This document shows positions 43,481 through 52,743 of a DNA stretch of 55,976 bases, in pieces. Numbering within the stretch: the stretch's first letter is position 1; each line of letters begins with the position of its first letter. The stretch is from a virus (taxonomy: Duplodnaviria > Caudoviricetes), in IMG/VR virus record IMGVR_UViG_3300043754_000130, positions 1 through 55,976 of that record; one strand, 5' to 3'. The notes beneath the pieces were generated by a model that saw only the letters and a list, made by a program, of their open reading frames with translations, was not told the origin of the DNA and did not search any database. Position numbers and translations under genes: made by a program.

Positions 43481-44457
43481 TGAACGCCATCGTCCCCGTC
43501 CGCCCCTCTTCCGTCTACTCCGGCGCCCAGCTCTCGCTGATCCGCAAGACGGTCGCCGCCGACTGCAACGAGGCTGAGTTCGACCTGTTCGTGACGGTCG
43601 CCAGGCACACCGGCCTTGACCCGTTCCGCAAGCAGGTCAGCGCGCTGGTCTTCAACAAGAAGCAGCCCGAGAAGCGGCGCATGGCGATCGTCACCACGAT
43701 CGACGGCCTCCGCGTGACTGCGGCGCGGAGCCTCCGCTACCGGCCCGACGACGACGAGCCGCAGTTCGAATACGACCCCGAGGAGAAGAGCGAGACCAAC
43801 CCGCTCGGCCTCGTGAAGGCCAAGGTCAAGATTTTCATGCGCGACGAGGGCGGCTCCGAATGGCGCACCGTCGTCGGCGTCTCCTACTGGGGCGAGTTCG
43901 CGCCCATCACCGAGGAGTGGGCGGAGGACCCGGAGACGGGCAAGCGCCGGAAGACCGGCCGCATGATGCTCGACCGGTCGGGAAACTGGTTCCGAATGCC
44001 GCGCCTCATGCTGGCGAAGACGGCCGAGGCCCAGGCGCTCCGCAAGGCGTTCCCCGAAGACCTCTCGAGCCTCTACGAGGGCTCCGAACTCGACCGCGCC
44101 CGCGCGCTCGACATCGAAGACCTGACGCCTTCCCAGATGATCGGCGAGCACAACGCCGCCACTCGGCTGGAGAAGATCGGCGGGGCCAACACCGTCCTGT
44201 TCCAGTTTCTGCCGAACGAGGCGCTGGAGTCGGTCCCGCTCGGCAAGCTGGCCGATCGCATCCTCGCCACCGCCGAAGGCTTCACCAGCCTCGCTCAGGC
44301 CCGCTGGTTCATGGAGGCCAACACCCAGCCCCTCCGCGAGTTCTGGGCGCGCGCGCCCGGCGAGGCGCTGGAGGTCAAGAAGCGGCTGGAGGTGCTCGCC
44401 GCGAAGCTCCAGCAGGCGGAAGCCGAGGCGACCAAGGAAGCGGAGGAGGCAGCGTGA
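43480..44457 (+). CDS. bet: RecT/Bet single-strand annealing recombinase
   Basis: EFDLF..GLDPFRKQ, TIDGLR..A, W..MPRLMLAKTAEAQALRKAFPE. Confidence 0.92.
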   Translation: MNAIVPVRPSSVYSGAQLSLIRKTVAADCNEAEFDLFVTVARHTGLDPFRKQVSALVFNKKQPEKRRMAIVTTIDGLRVTAARSLRYRPDDDEPQFEYDPEEKSETNPLGLVKAKVKIFMRDEGGSEWRTVVGVSYWGEFAPITEEWAEDPETGKRRKTGRMMLDRSGNWFRMPRLMLAKTAEAQALRKAFPEDLSSLYEGSELDRARALDIEDLTPSQMIGEHNAATRLEKIGGANTVLFQFLPNEALESVPLGKLADRILATAEGFTSLAQARWFMEANTQPLREFWARAPGEALEVKKRLEVLAAKLQQAEAEATKEAEEAA

Positions 44458-44969
44458 AGCCGATCCGCATGACGTGGGACGGCGAGGCCCTGCGCCCCGC
44501 TTCCCCCTACTGGGGCCGACTGGCCGACGAGCAATTCGTCATCGGCGCCGTCCACATGGTCGAAGAGCACCCAGAGCGCTCGGACAACACCCACCGGCAC
44601 TACTTCGCGACCATCAACGAGGCGTGGAAGAACCTGCCAGAGGACCTGGCGCAGGAGTTCCCGACCGCCGAGGCGCTCCGCAAGAAGGCGCTCGTCAAGG
44701 CCGGCTTCCACGACCAGCAGACCTTCGTCGCCAGCTCCAAGGCTGAGGCGATCCGGCTAGCCGCCTTTATGCGCCCGATCGACGAGTTCGCGGTCATCTC
44801 GGTCGACGGCTGCGCGGTCGTGCGGCTGACGCCCAAGTCGCAGAATTATCGAGCCATGGGGCGGGCGGAGTTCCAGCGCAGTAAAGAGGCCGTGCTGGCG
44901 ATCGTGGCCGACATGATCGGCGCCCCCGTCGCCGAGATCGAGCGCCAAGCCGAGAGGGCTGCGGCATGA
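44454..44969 (+). CDS. NinB/DUF1367-like protein
   Basis: GTG start; ERSDNTHRHYFA..AWKNLPE, PKSQ..MGRAEFQRSK. Confidence 0.7.
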   Translation: MKPIRMTWDGEALRPASPYWGRLADEQFVIGAVHMVEEHPERSDNTHRHYFATINEAWKNLPEDLAQEFPTAEALRKKALVKAGFHDQQTFVASSKAEAIRLAAFMRPIDEFAVISVDGCAVVRLTPKSQNYRAMGRAEFQRSKEAVLAIVADMIGAPVAEIERQAERAAA

Positions 44970-45829
44970 TCGGGTTCGGAAAACATCGCCGACCGCGCGA
45001 TCCGCAAAAGCAACAGGACCTCGCCCGCGCGGCCGAGAACATCGCCCAGCACGTCTGCACCCCACGGCGCTCGCGCTCGTTCGACTTCCGCACGCCGGGA
45101 AAGGGGTCGGTCTACGCCTTTTCCCTGACCTGGACGCCCGGGTCGCTGGCCCTGGCCGGCGACTGCGGCGAGATGATCCTCACCCATTGCCAAGCGCTCT
45201 GGGAACTGAAGGCCGGCCTGAAGTGGGCGGCCGGAAGCGACATCGACTACCTGCTCGGGAAGTCGAACCTGCGTCAGGTCATCGACAAGGACGGCACCGT
45301 CGAGTGGCTGATCGACACCGCCAACGAAGGAGCCGTCAGGACCGTGCGCGGACTCCGAGACGACCGTCGCCGCTGGCGGGCGTGGAAGCCAGACGTCTAC
45401 GCTTGGCAAAATCCGGGTGAATGGCCGGACTGGTATGACGACTGGGTCAGGGAGCAGCCGAAGCTTGAGCTCCACGAGAGCACTCGGAAATCCGATTACT
45501 GGCCCTACGAGCGGATCACCACGACTGTCCCCGAGGACGGGTACGAGTTTTGGGACAAGCTGCGCCGGGAGTTCGCCGACCACCTGCCGGTCGAGGCCGT
45601 CTACGGCGGCTCCGGCCGGCGCGAGATCCGCGAGGAGATCGAGCGCTGGATCGACGAAGCTGGCAACGACGCCATCGGCGAGATGACCTACCACACGCTC
45701 GGCCTAGAGGCTGGGCCTGACGAGAAGTGGTCATTCTCGGCCATCCAGAGGATCGAGTGCGTTCGCCTCGGCGCGCGGCTCGCGCTGGAGGCGCTGGAGG
45801 CTGAAGACGCCGAAGCGAGGGCGGCATGA
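44966..45829 (+). CDS. Hypothetical phage protein
   Basis: ATGA-coupled; PGSLALAGDCG..DYLLGK pattern. Confidence 0.75.
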   Translation: MIGFGKHRRPRDPQKQQDLARAAENIAQHVCTPRRSRSFDFRTPGKGSVYAFSLTWTPGSLALAGDCGEMILTHCQALWELKAGLKWAAGSDIDYLLGKSNLRQVIDKDGTVEWLIDTANEGAVRTVRGLRDDRRRWRAWKPDVYAWQNPGEWPDWYDDWVREQPKLELHESTRKSDYWPYERITTTVPEDGYEFWDKLRREFADHLPVEAVYGGSGRREIREEIERWIDEAGNDAIGEMTYHTLGLEAGPDEKWSFSAIQRIECVRLGARLALEALEAEDAEARAA

Positions 45830-46332
45830 GCTTCATGCGCCACCTGGACCGAGAGACCCAGCAGAAGGTCAGGACCGCCAAGAAGACCGCGGCGAAGGAG
45901 TCGAAGGCTGATCGCTTGGCGCGCGCCCGCGTGGCCCTGCAGTCGGCCGAGAAGAACGCCCGCAAGCCGCGCGAGCGCAACGGGGCGTTCCTGTCCTGGC
46001 TCCGCGCCGGCCGGTGCCTGGCGTGCGCGATCCGAGGAGGCGCCCAGGTCCAGCGCACCGACGCGGCCCACATCCGCCGGTCCTATCCAGAGACTGGCTG
46101 GCGGCCGGTCGGCGGCGCCGAGAAGCCGAGCGATTTTCGCGCCATCGGACTCTGCCGCCGAGACCACGAGGACCAGCACCTGCACGACAATCACGGATGG
46201 TACGCCGACCTCGGCATCTATCCCCCCGACGTCTGCGCCGAGCTTATGCGCGCTCACCTGGCTGGAGCTGATCCAGTCGAAGCCGTCGAAACCATAGCAG
46301 CGCAGATACGCGCAGAACGGAGCCAAGCGTGA
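45826..46332 (+). CDS. DUF968/HNH-like nuclease
   Basis: FLSWLR..CLAC, DAAHIR, KPSD..LCRRDH..QH. Confidence 0.82.
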   Translation: MSFMRHLDRETQQKVRTAKKTAAKESKADRLARARVALQSAEKNARKPRERNGAFLSWLRAGRCLACAIRGGAQVQRTDAAHIRRSYPETGWRPVGGAEKPSDFRAIGLCRRDHEDQHLHDNHGWYADLGIYPPDVCAELMRAHLAGADPVEAVETIAAQIRAERSQA

Positions 46333-46658
46333 CCACCATCAGCAAGCAAACCGCCATGGACATTGCCTTGGCCTATCGCGAGGTCGAGACCGCCGAGAAG
46401 CTTTTGGCCGATGTCGTTGAGGCGAGGAGTCGCCACAGCGTGCCGGACATTAGGGACGCCTTCGGCCGCCTCCAAGGCGGACTTCAACTCGGCGTCCCGA
46501 TGGGGACAGGACACACTCTCTACAACGTCCCCTGGTCAATCGCGAAGCCGATCATCGAGACCCACATCGCCCATCACCGCGCGGCGATTGCGGCCCTGAC
46601 GGAGAAGGCCAAGGCTGAAATGGCCCTCCCTCCCGAGGAGCAGATCCATGCAGCGTGA
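46329..46658 (+). CDS. Hypothetical protein
   Basis: GTGA-coupled. Confidence 0.7.
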   Translation: MTTISKQTAMDIALAYREVETAEKLLADVVEARSRHSVPDIRDAFGRLQGGLQLGVPMGTGHTLYNVPWSIAKPIIETHIAHHRAAIAALTEKAKAEMALPPEEQIHAA

Positions 46659-47121
46659 GGAACTTGAGGGGCTTGTCCTGAAGCTTCGGGGGTTGCTGTC
46701 GAGCGTTCAGGAAGACGGCATGTATATGCTTCCATGGCGCGTCCACGATCACGAGATGATGGACGAACCGGATAAGTGGATCGGCTATGCGTGGGTTGGT
46801 GCGGACGGCGAGCGAGACGGTCGGTTTGATCGCCGTGTCGCGGATCTCGATGCGCGAAAAGACGGCTCAGAGAAGTGTCGCCGCACAGCGACCCTTCGCG
46901 CCAGACTGATCGCTGAAACCATATCCGCCCTCCCCACCCTTCTCGAAGCCATCACCCAGCGGCCGAGTGTGGAGGAGATCGCATGGGCCATCGTTGATCC
47001 TTTCGCGACCTTTGGCGGAAACCCGCCCGTCTGGGCGATTGCCCGTGCCCGCGCCATCGACGCGCTCTTCTCTGGCCGCGCCCTTACCCAAGAACAGGAG
47101 CCCGAGCATGACGCGGGATGA
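46648..47121 (+). CDS. Hypothetical protein
   Basis: GAGGAG RBS; overlaps its neighbours. Confidence 0.6.
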   Translation: MQREELEGLVLKLRGLLSSVQEDGMYMLPWRVHDHEMMDEPDKWIGYAWVGADGERDGRFDRRVADLDARKDGSEKCRRTATLRARLIAETISALPTLLEAITQRPSVEEIAWAIVDPFATFGGNPPVWAIARARAIDALFSGRALTQEQEPEHDAG

Positions 47122-47860
47122 GATTGCGCGGGTTTCCCGCTACGCAAACGGTGCGGACTTTTCCGACGTGTACGACCAGACCGGCATCCTGTCTGCGGTC
47201 GCCGCCTTTCGATCCGATCTGCTCGCTCTCCTCTCCCGCCTCTCCGTACAGCTAACGGACGAGCAGAAGGAATTGGGTTCGGTCGGCATGAAGCCTTCCC
47301 CGACAGACGGGGAGCGGGCGGCGGCTCCGATGCCTGCCGACGTGGCAGCATGGGTCGATCATCTGGAGGAGCGTCTCGCGAAGGCGCCCCAAGGACCCTG
47401 GCTCTATCGCCCCCGGCGCTCGCTTGACGATTGGGGCATGATCCGCTGCGAGGACGCAGACGGCCCGATCGTGGCCCTCAGCCGTGCTTGCGGTGACTAC
47501 GACTACGACGACTGCCGCCGGGACGGGGTCGATCCATATGAAGACGCCGGCCTGCTGATCGTCGACGCGATCAACGGTCTTCCCGTCCTGATTAGAGCGC
47601 TACGCGACGTGACGACTTCCGAGGCGCCACCGCCGGCCCCGTCTGTCGGGGAAGGGCTTGTCCCGACCGAACCCAATCCTTCCCACCCTCAAGAGCTTTC
47701 ATCCGAGGCTAGGGGGGAGATCGGGGAGGCTTGGGACGAACACGAAGAGGCGATCTACCAGATCGTCTTCGGCCACACGGGCGCCTCAGCGACGTCGAGC
47801 GAGCGCGCCGCGTCAGCCGTCATTCGGTACCTCGAAGCCCTCACCGGAGACCGCCCATGA
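47108..47860 (+). CDS. Hypothetical protein
   Basis: AGGAG RBS before MTRDEIAR; KAPQGPW motif. Confidence 0.6.
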   Translation: MTRDEIARVSRYANGADFSDVYDQTGILSAVAAFRSDLLALLSRLSVQLTDEQKELGSVGMKPSPTDGERAAAPMPADVAAWVDHLEERLAKAPQGPWLYRPRRSLDDWGMIRCEDADGPIVALSRACGDYDYDDCRRDGVDPYEDAGLLIVDAINGLPVLIRALRDVTTSEAPPPAPSVGEGLVPTEPNPSHPQELSSEARGEIGEAWDEHEEAIYQIVFGHTGASATSSERAASAVIRYLEALTGDRP

Positions 47861-48198
47861 GATCAGAACAGTACGAACACGGTCGCCGCAACGCCATCAA
47901 GGCCTGCGTGGAATGGCTTCACGCCAGAGCCGCCGAGATGAACGACCCGCACGCCCGCAACGTCCTGAACTCGGCCGCTTTCGATATGGGGCGCACGTTC
48001 AAGGACGGCGGCTCGACCGTTCTCACCGCCCCCTCAGCCTCAGGGGATGGGAAGCCGCAAGAGCCGGACACCGACGCTGGAGAGGCGTCAGAGTGCCCGA
48101 ACTGCAAGGACTACGCCGGGAAGTGTCCATATTGCTACGCGCGACGTCCACTTCTTCTCCCCGCCCCTCCCCTCTCCCCTGCAATAGGAGATCGGTGA
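47857..48198 (+). CDS. Hypothetical protein with a Zn-ribbon
   Basis: Start MRSEQY through ATGA; CPNC..CPYC. Confidence 0.6.
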   Translation: MRSEQYEHGRRNAIKACVEWLHARAAEMNDPHARNVLNSAAFDMGRTFKDGGSTVLTAPSASGDGKPQEPDTDAGEASECPNCKDYAGKCPYCYARRPLLLPAPPLSPAIGDR

Positions 48199-48199
48199 G

Positions 48200-48787
48200 A
48201 TGAGCGAGAGCATAGTTCGCGCGCCGTCCCTCTATGACCTTGCTAGCGAGCAGATGAACAAACCCGACCCGACCACGGACAAAGCGACTGCCGAGGCGTT
48301 CACCGCCGAGCACAAGCACACGCGCGCTAGGTATTCTAGCTCAGAGCCAACAATCTTCACTCACCTGAACGACGAACGTCGCAGTTGCCGGTGTTGGGGC
48401 GAGACGGCCGAACGTGGACGGATCACTCGCTGGCACCAGTGCGGGAAGCCCGCGAAGGTGACGCTCGCTGACGGCTCGACGTGGTGCGGCGTTCACTCAC
48501 CACAGGCCGTCGAGCGCCGCAAGGAGCAGGCCCGGAAGCGTGACGCTGAGAACGACGCCGCCTCGCGCAGGCGCATGGCTCAGTGGCGGTTCGAGGCGAA
48601 GCGCAACTCGGACTTTCCCAAGCTCCTCGACGCCCTGCGCCAGATCGCGCGCGGCCACAACGACCCGCGCACCCTGGCCGCCGAGGTGCTGGCCGATTGG
48701 CCCGAACCCGCAAAGACAGACGACCGCTCCGAAGCGGCGCACGGGACGGCGCGACACCCCCAAAATCCTCCCCAAGGTGACGCATGA
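48200..48787 (+). CDS. Hypothetical protein
   Basis: AGGAG RBS; C..HQC..WCGVHSP motif. Confidence 0.65.
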   Translation: MSESIVRAPSLYDLASEQMNKPDPTTDKATAEAFTAEHKHTRARYSSSEPTIFTHLNDERRSCRCWGETAERGRITRWHQCGKPAKVTLADGSTWCGVHSPQAVERRKEQARKRDAENDAASRRRMAQWRFEAKRNSDFPKLLDALRQIARGHNDPRTLAAEVLADWPEPAKTDDRSEAAHGTARHPQNPPQGDA

Positions 48788-49107
48788 CTGACTCCACATC
48801 ACGCGACGAAGCGGGAGAGCTGGCGGCTGAGCTTCGCGACGACGCGGAAATGGTCGAGGCGTGCGGATACGCTGAAAATGCCGCCGTGATGCGCAAAGCC
48901 GCCGACGCTCTCGACGCCCTGAAGGCGCGCTGCGCAGCTCTGGAGGACGCGCTTAGGCCGGTGGCGGGCGAGCTTCTCAAGCTTGCGCCTATCGTCCGGT
49001 CCGCCGCCTATCCGGCCTATGCAGACGCCGCTGAAGCCGTGGCGGAAGTAGCCCTCGGCCTGCTCGAGCAAATCCCTTCTACTCAGGTAGGAGATAACCG
49101 CACATGA
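48784..49107 (+). CDS. Hypothetical protein
   Basis: ATGA-coupled at both ends. Confidence 0.65.
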   Translation: MTDSTSRDEAGELAAELRDDAEMVEACGYAENAAVMRKAADALDALKARCAALEDALRPVAGELLKLAPIVRSAAYPAYADAAEAVAEVALGLLEQIPSTQVGDNRT

Positions 49108-49301
49108 GCGCCACCAAGCTCGCCTACCGCATCAACGAGGCGGCCGAGGCCGTTGGGCTGAGCCGCGCCACGATCTACAACGCGATCAACGCGGGCGAAC
49201 TCGAGATGGGCAAGCTGCACGGTCGGTCGGTCATCCGGGCAGACGTGCTGATGGCTTGGTTCGAGCGCCAGTACGCGCCGGTCAAGAAGACCGCCGCTTG
49301 A
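49104..49301 (+). CDS. xis: Excisionase (HTH_17-like)
   Basis: LAYRINEAAEAVGLSRATIYNAINAGEL; convergent with int and overlapping its 3' end. Confidence 0.88.
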   Translation: MSATKLAYRINEAAEAVGLSRATIYNAINAGELEMGKLHGRSVIRADVLMAWFERQYAPVKKTAA

Positions 49302-50526
49302 GCTCCACCACGCTCGATCCCGCCGCCAGATACCGCGCCCACGCCTCCATGAGCTTGCGGCGCTTTTCCAGGGCGTCGCTCCGGCGATAGGCGCGCTCGA
49401 CCTCGCTACCTACGACATGGGCCAGGGCTTCCTCCGCGATCTCCCGGGGGAAGCTGGTCTTGTCTCCCGCCCAATCCCTGAAGGTCGCCCGGAAGCCGTG
49501 CGGCGTGGCGTTGACCTTCATCCGCTTGAGCACCGCATCCATAGCCGTGTTGGACAGAGGGCGGCCCTTCTTGAAGCCGGGGAAGAGGTAGTCCTCCGGG
49601 CCGATGTCTCCCGCGGCGAGCATGTCGCGCACGACCTGGACGGCGGCCGGCGACAGCGGCACCCGGTGATCTGGCGAGTTCGTCCCCTTCATCCGGGCGC
49701 CCGGGATCGTCCAAAGCGCTGCGTCGAGATCGAACTCCTTCGGGACCGCTCCGAGCGCCTCGCTTTCGCGCACGACCGTCAGGACGGTGAACTCCAGCGC
49801 GCGCGCCGCCGCGCCGTTGCGCTCCTTCAGGTCAACCATGAACCCCGGCGCCTGGTCGTAGTGGATCGCCCGCTGATGGCCTCGAACGAGCTTCGGGCGC
49901 CGCGGCAGCAGATGGTCGAGGTGGCCGCGCCAGCGGGCCGGGTTCTCGCCGGAACGCATGTTCCTCACCTTGGCGGCGTCGAGCACGCGCTCGATGCGCC
50001 CCCTCACCTTCCCGGCGGTCTCCGGCTTCTTCAGCCAGAGCGGCTTCAGCACCTCCAGCACGTGGTCCGTCGACACCAGAGCGACGGGCACCTTCATCAG
50101 CGCCTCCGCGTAGGCTGGCCCTTTCACCGTGGGGTGGAAGGTCTTCTCCCACTGGTCGCTGTGCTTGGGGCTCTTCCACCCGGGTCGCAGCGACTTGATC
50201 AGCTCGTCGGCCACGTCGCCGAAGGTGGGGCCGCCTTCCGGCCCCTTGGCGCGCTTGCGCTCCTCGATCGGGTTCTTGCCTTCTCCGACGAGCTTGCGGG
50301 CGGCCTCGGCCTGATCGCGGGCGTCGGTGAGCTTCACGCCCCCCGGCAGCGTGGCGGACCCGAGCCCCATCTCCGTCCGCTTGCTGCGCCATTGGAAGAT
50401 GAACACCCAGCGCTTGGCGCCCGTGGCGTCGACGTAGAGGTAAAGCCCCTGCCCGTCCGCGTACCGCCCCGCCTCGACCGTGGTCGCGACCGTGCGCGCG
50501 CTCAGCCTGTTGATCGTCCTCGCCAT
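49282..50526 (-). CDS. int: P4-type tyrosine integrase
   Basis: Arm-binding N-terminus GRYADGQGLYL..GAKRW; catalytic R(ESE), HGFR, LAH, AY. Confidence 0.96.
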   Translation of the reverse strand: MARTINRLSARTVATTVEAGRYADGQGLYLYVDATGAKRWVFIFQWRSKRTEMGLGSATLPGGVKLTDARDQAEAARKLVGEGKNPIEERKRAKGPEGGPTFGDVADELIKSLRPGWKSPKHSDQWEKTFHPTVKGPAYAEALMKVPVALVSTDHVLEVLKPLWLKKPETAGKVRGRIERVLDAAKVRNMRSGENPARWRGHLDHLLPRRPKLVRGHQRAIHYDQAPGFMVDLKERNGAAARALEFTVLTVVRESEALGAVPKEFDLDAALWTIPGARMKGTNSPDHRVPLSPAAVQVVRDMLAAGDIGPEDYLFPGFKKGRPLSNTAMDAVLKRMKVNATPHGFRATFRDWAGDKTSFPREIAEEALAHVVGSEVERAYRRSDALEKRRKLMEAWARYLAAGSSVVELKRRSS

Positions 50527-50567
50527 GACGCCCTCCCGACGGGGGAAACCCTGCCGCCGAATCTTCG

Positions 50568-50817
50568 CGCCCTCAATCGCGCCCTAAAAGCGTGCGCTGG
50601 TTTGTGGTGGATAACTATGGACGCGCGTCGCCGGTTCGTCCGCAGAACCCCAACGCCAGCAAGGGAAAGATCGCCAACCTTAGCCATTCATGGACGGGGG
50701 TTTAGTTCCTGTCGGGGCCGCCAGCGCCACCAGCTATCCATCTGCGATCGCTGGACTTTTCCGAACCGCTCAGCCTTCCGCCCTCAATCGCGCCCTAATG
50801 GCTTCAGCGCCCTCAAA
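50568..50817. repeat. Integrase arm-type sites flanking the attP core
   Basis: Exact 20-bp direct repeat CGCCCTCAATCGCGCCCTAA at 50568-50587 and 50779-50798; extra CGCCCTCAA at 50808. Confidence 0.8.
50707..50723 (+). other. attP: attP core resembling a tRNA 3' end (possibly tRNA-Arg)
   Basis: TCCTGTCGGGGCCGCCA parses as T-stem 3' strand + acceptor 3' strand + G + CCA; lies between the arm repeats upstream of int. Confidence 0.75.
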
Positions 50818-51082
50818 TCCGGGAATCGCCCTCAGCCACTACCGCTCCCTCGGCCCCGGCATGGGCGTCGAGTTCAGGTGCGTCGCCTGCCAGGACTGGC
50901 GCACGGTCGAGCTCGAAGCGGTGATCTCCCGACTGCATGCGCGCGGCGTCGGCGGACCCGAGACCGGCGTCCGGGACGTGGCGCGGTTCATCGAGAAGCC
51001 GTGCGAGCGGTGTGGCGGCCGGCGGTTCGAGACGAGGCCTGACTTCCCGGCGGCGCGGAACACGCCCCAAGGGCGGCGTTGA
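50798..51082 (+). CDS. Zn-ribbon protein (start uncertain)
   Basis: CVAC..CERCGG. Confidence 0.6.
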   Translation: MASAPSNPGIALSHYRSLGPGMGVEFRCVACQDWRTVELEAVISRLHARGVGGPETGVRDVARFIEKPCERCGGRRFETRPDFPAARNTPQGRR

Positions 51083-51199
51083 GAATCCGGCGTTTTCTGA
51101 TATAGTTCCGGTTGCACCTTAGGGACCGGACGCGGCCGGTTCGGGGTTGGCCCGCTACCCTGCGGCCCCGATGCGACAATCTCCAAAAAGGGACGATCA

Positions 51200-51436
51200 A
51201 TGAGCGAGATGGTCGAGCGCTTGGCGCGGGCGATAGAAGCGGCCGTGCCCAACGGGATTGAACCGATCTCCCACATCGCCGCCCGCGCCGCGCTCCAAGC
51301 GATGCGGCAGCCGAGCGAGCGGATCACGGCTGAGATCGAACGTCAGTTGCTCGCGTTTCGACCGGGCCAGAGCTTCCCCACCGCCTACGCAGAAAATCTG
51401 CACATCGCTGTGATCGACAAAGCGCTGGAGGACTGA
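51200..51436 (+). CDS. Hypothetical protein
   Basis: MSEMVERLARAI..ARAALQAMRQPSE..VIDKAL phage family pattern. Confidence 0.7.
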   Translation: MSEMVERLARAIEAAVPNGIEPISHIAARAALQAMRQPSERITAEIERQLLAFRPGQSFPTAYAENLHIAVIDKALED

Positions 51437-51437
51437 A

Positions 51438-51686
51438 ATGGACCCGTTTGGCCCCCTGACCCTCGCCGACTTCCCGCTGACGAACATCGGCCCGTGCGTC
51501 TATCGGAAGACCTGCAGCTCGCCGGTCTTCACGGCGCCGAACGATATGGTCGCAGCGGACCTCGTGACCCGGATCAACCGCGACCACTTCAACGGTATGA
51601 CAGGAGCGGCCCCGTGGCGCGAGCAGCAGGCCGCGCAAGAGAGCTCCACGATCCCGGTCGGCTCGCTCGTGTTCGGCAGTCGATAG
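51438..51686 (+). CDS. Hypothetical protein
   Basis: GGAGG RBS; directly follows the previous gene. Confidence 0.55.
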   Translation: MDPFGPLTLADFPLTNIGPCVYRKTCSSPVFTAPNDMVAADLVTRINRDHFNGMTGAAPWREQQAAQESSTIPVGSLVFGSR

Positions 51687-51698
51687 TCCTGAAACGAC

Positions 51699-51731
51699 AA
51701 AAAGCCCCCTCCACCCGAAGGTGAAGGGGGC
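51699..51731 (-). terminator. Intrinsic terminator ending the late/lysis operon
   Basis: GCCCCCTTCACC-TTCG-GGTGGAGGGGGC-TTTTT on the minus strand. Confidence 0.85.
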
Positions 51732-51784
51732 GAAAGGGTCAGGGAGAGGATGCGGCCAGCACTCCCGGGCCGCTCGGGGTTCTG

Positions 51785-52669
51785 TCAGGTCGGGTAGGCC
51801 GCGCGAACGTATCCGGCGGTCGCATCGTCGACGCTGTGGCACTGGGCGACGTAGTCGAGGCCGTTGGGCGCGGCCAGGCGCGCGAGCAGCTGGGCGGCGC
51901 GGAGACGCTCGAGCCCGTCCGACTCGCCGATGATCGAGCCGTCGGCCTGGATGTAGCCCAGCCGCCCGACGGAACCGTAACCGAGGTCTGCCTCGGTCAG
52001 CAGGTGGGCCAGAGCTTCCGGGGCGCCCATCGCTGCGGCCAGGTCAGGATCGGCCGGTAGATGCGGCACCACGTCGTCGCTGAACTCATAGCGGACGTGG
52101 TCGGCGATCCGGACGCCGTAGGCCGCGGCGAAAGCGCCATCCCCCACCCTCGCCGGCGCGAAGGCTCTGACGATGATCTTGGCCAGCGGGAAGTCCTGAG
52201 CCGCCCGCCAAGCCACGAGCGCCGTCAGCGCGCCGCCCTTGGAATGGCCGGTCACGTAGATGGTCTTGGCCGAGTTCGGCACCATTGTCGCGGCGACCAG
52301 CGGCTGCAGCTTCGCCCAGAGGCGCGCGGCCGCCTGGTGGAAGCCCCAGTGCACGCGGCCCGGCATCCCCTCAGCGACGATCAGCGGCGCGGCGAAGTCG
52401 TCGGCCCAGTCGATCAGGAACCGGTCACGGTCTGGCTCGGGGCTGGCGGTCGTGCCGCGGATCGCCACCACGACTCCCTCGGCGAAGGACCCGACGAAGG
52501 CTGCGTCCTGAGCGCAGAGGCCCGCGACGACGCCCTGCGGCGCCATCGACCAGCCCACGGCCGCTGTCGGCGGCACCGGACCGATCCCGCCGACGGGCGC
52601 GACCGGAACATCGCCCGCGATCAGGTAGGTCTGGCGGCAGGCCGAGAGCAGGCGCAGCGACAGGTTCAT
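51785..52669 (-). CDS. Class 3 lipase (alpha/beta hydrolase)
   Basis: VVAIRGT, GRVHWGF, VTGHSKGG nucleophile elbow, ARVGD, DDVVPHLP, distal H. Confidence 0.9.
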   Translation of the reverse strand: MNLSLRLLSACRQTYLIAGDVPVAPVGGIGPVPPTAAVGWSMAPQGVVAGLCAQDAAFVGSFAEGVVVAIRGTTASPEPDRDRFLIDWADDFAAPLIVAEGMPGRVHWGFHQAAARLWAKLQPLVAATMVPNSAKTIYVTGHSKGGALTALVAWRAAQDFPLAKIIVRAFAPARVGDGAFAAAYGVRIADHVRYEFSDDVVPHLPADPDLAAAMGAPEALAHLLTEADLGYGSVGRLGYIQADGSIIGESDGLERLRAAQLLARLAAPNGLDYVAQCHSVDDATAGYVRAAYPT

Positions 52670-52743
52670 GGGAACGCCCCCAGGTACTTGAGAAGCTCAG
52701 CCGCCGCCGCGAGCGAACCCGCGACGGCGGCCAGAGGCAGACG

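Noticed and set aside
50660-50723. Complete tRNA gene
   Set aside because: Only the 3' 17 nt are tRNA-like; no D-arm, anticodon arm or TTCGA loop upstream.
49417-51042. 541-aa plus-strand ORF across int and attP
   Set aside because: Antisense shadow of the integrase; Arg/Pro-rich with no motifs.
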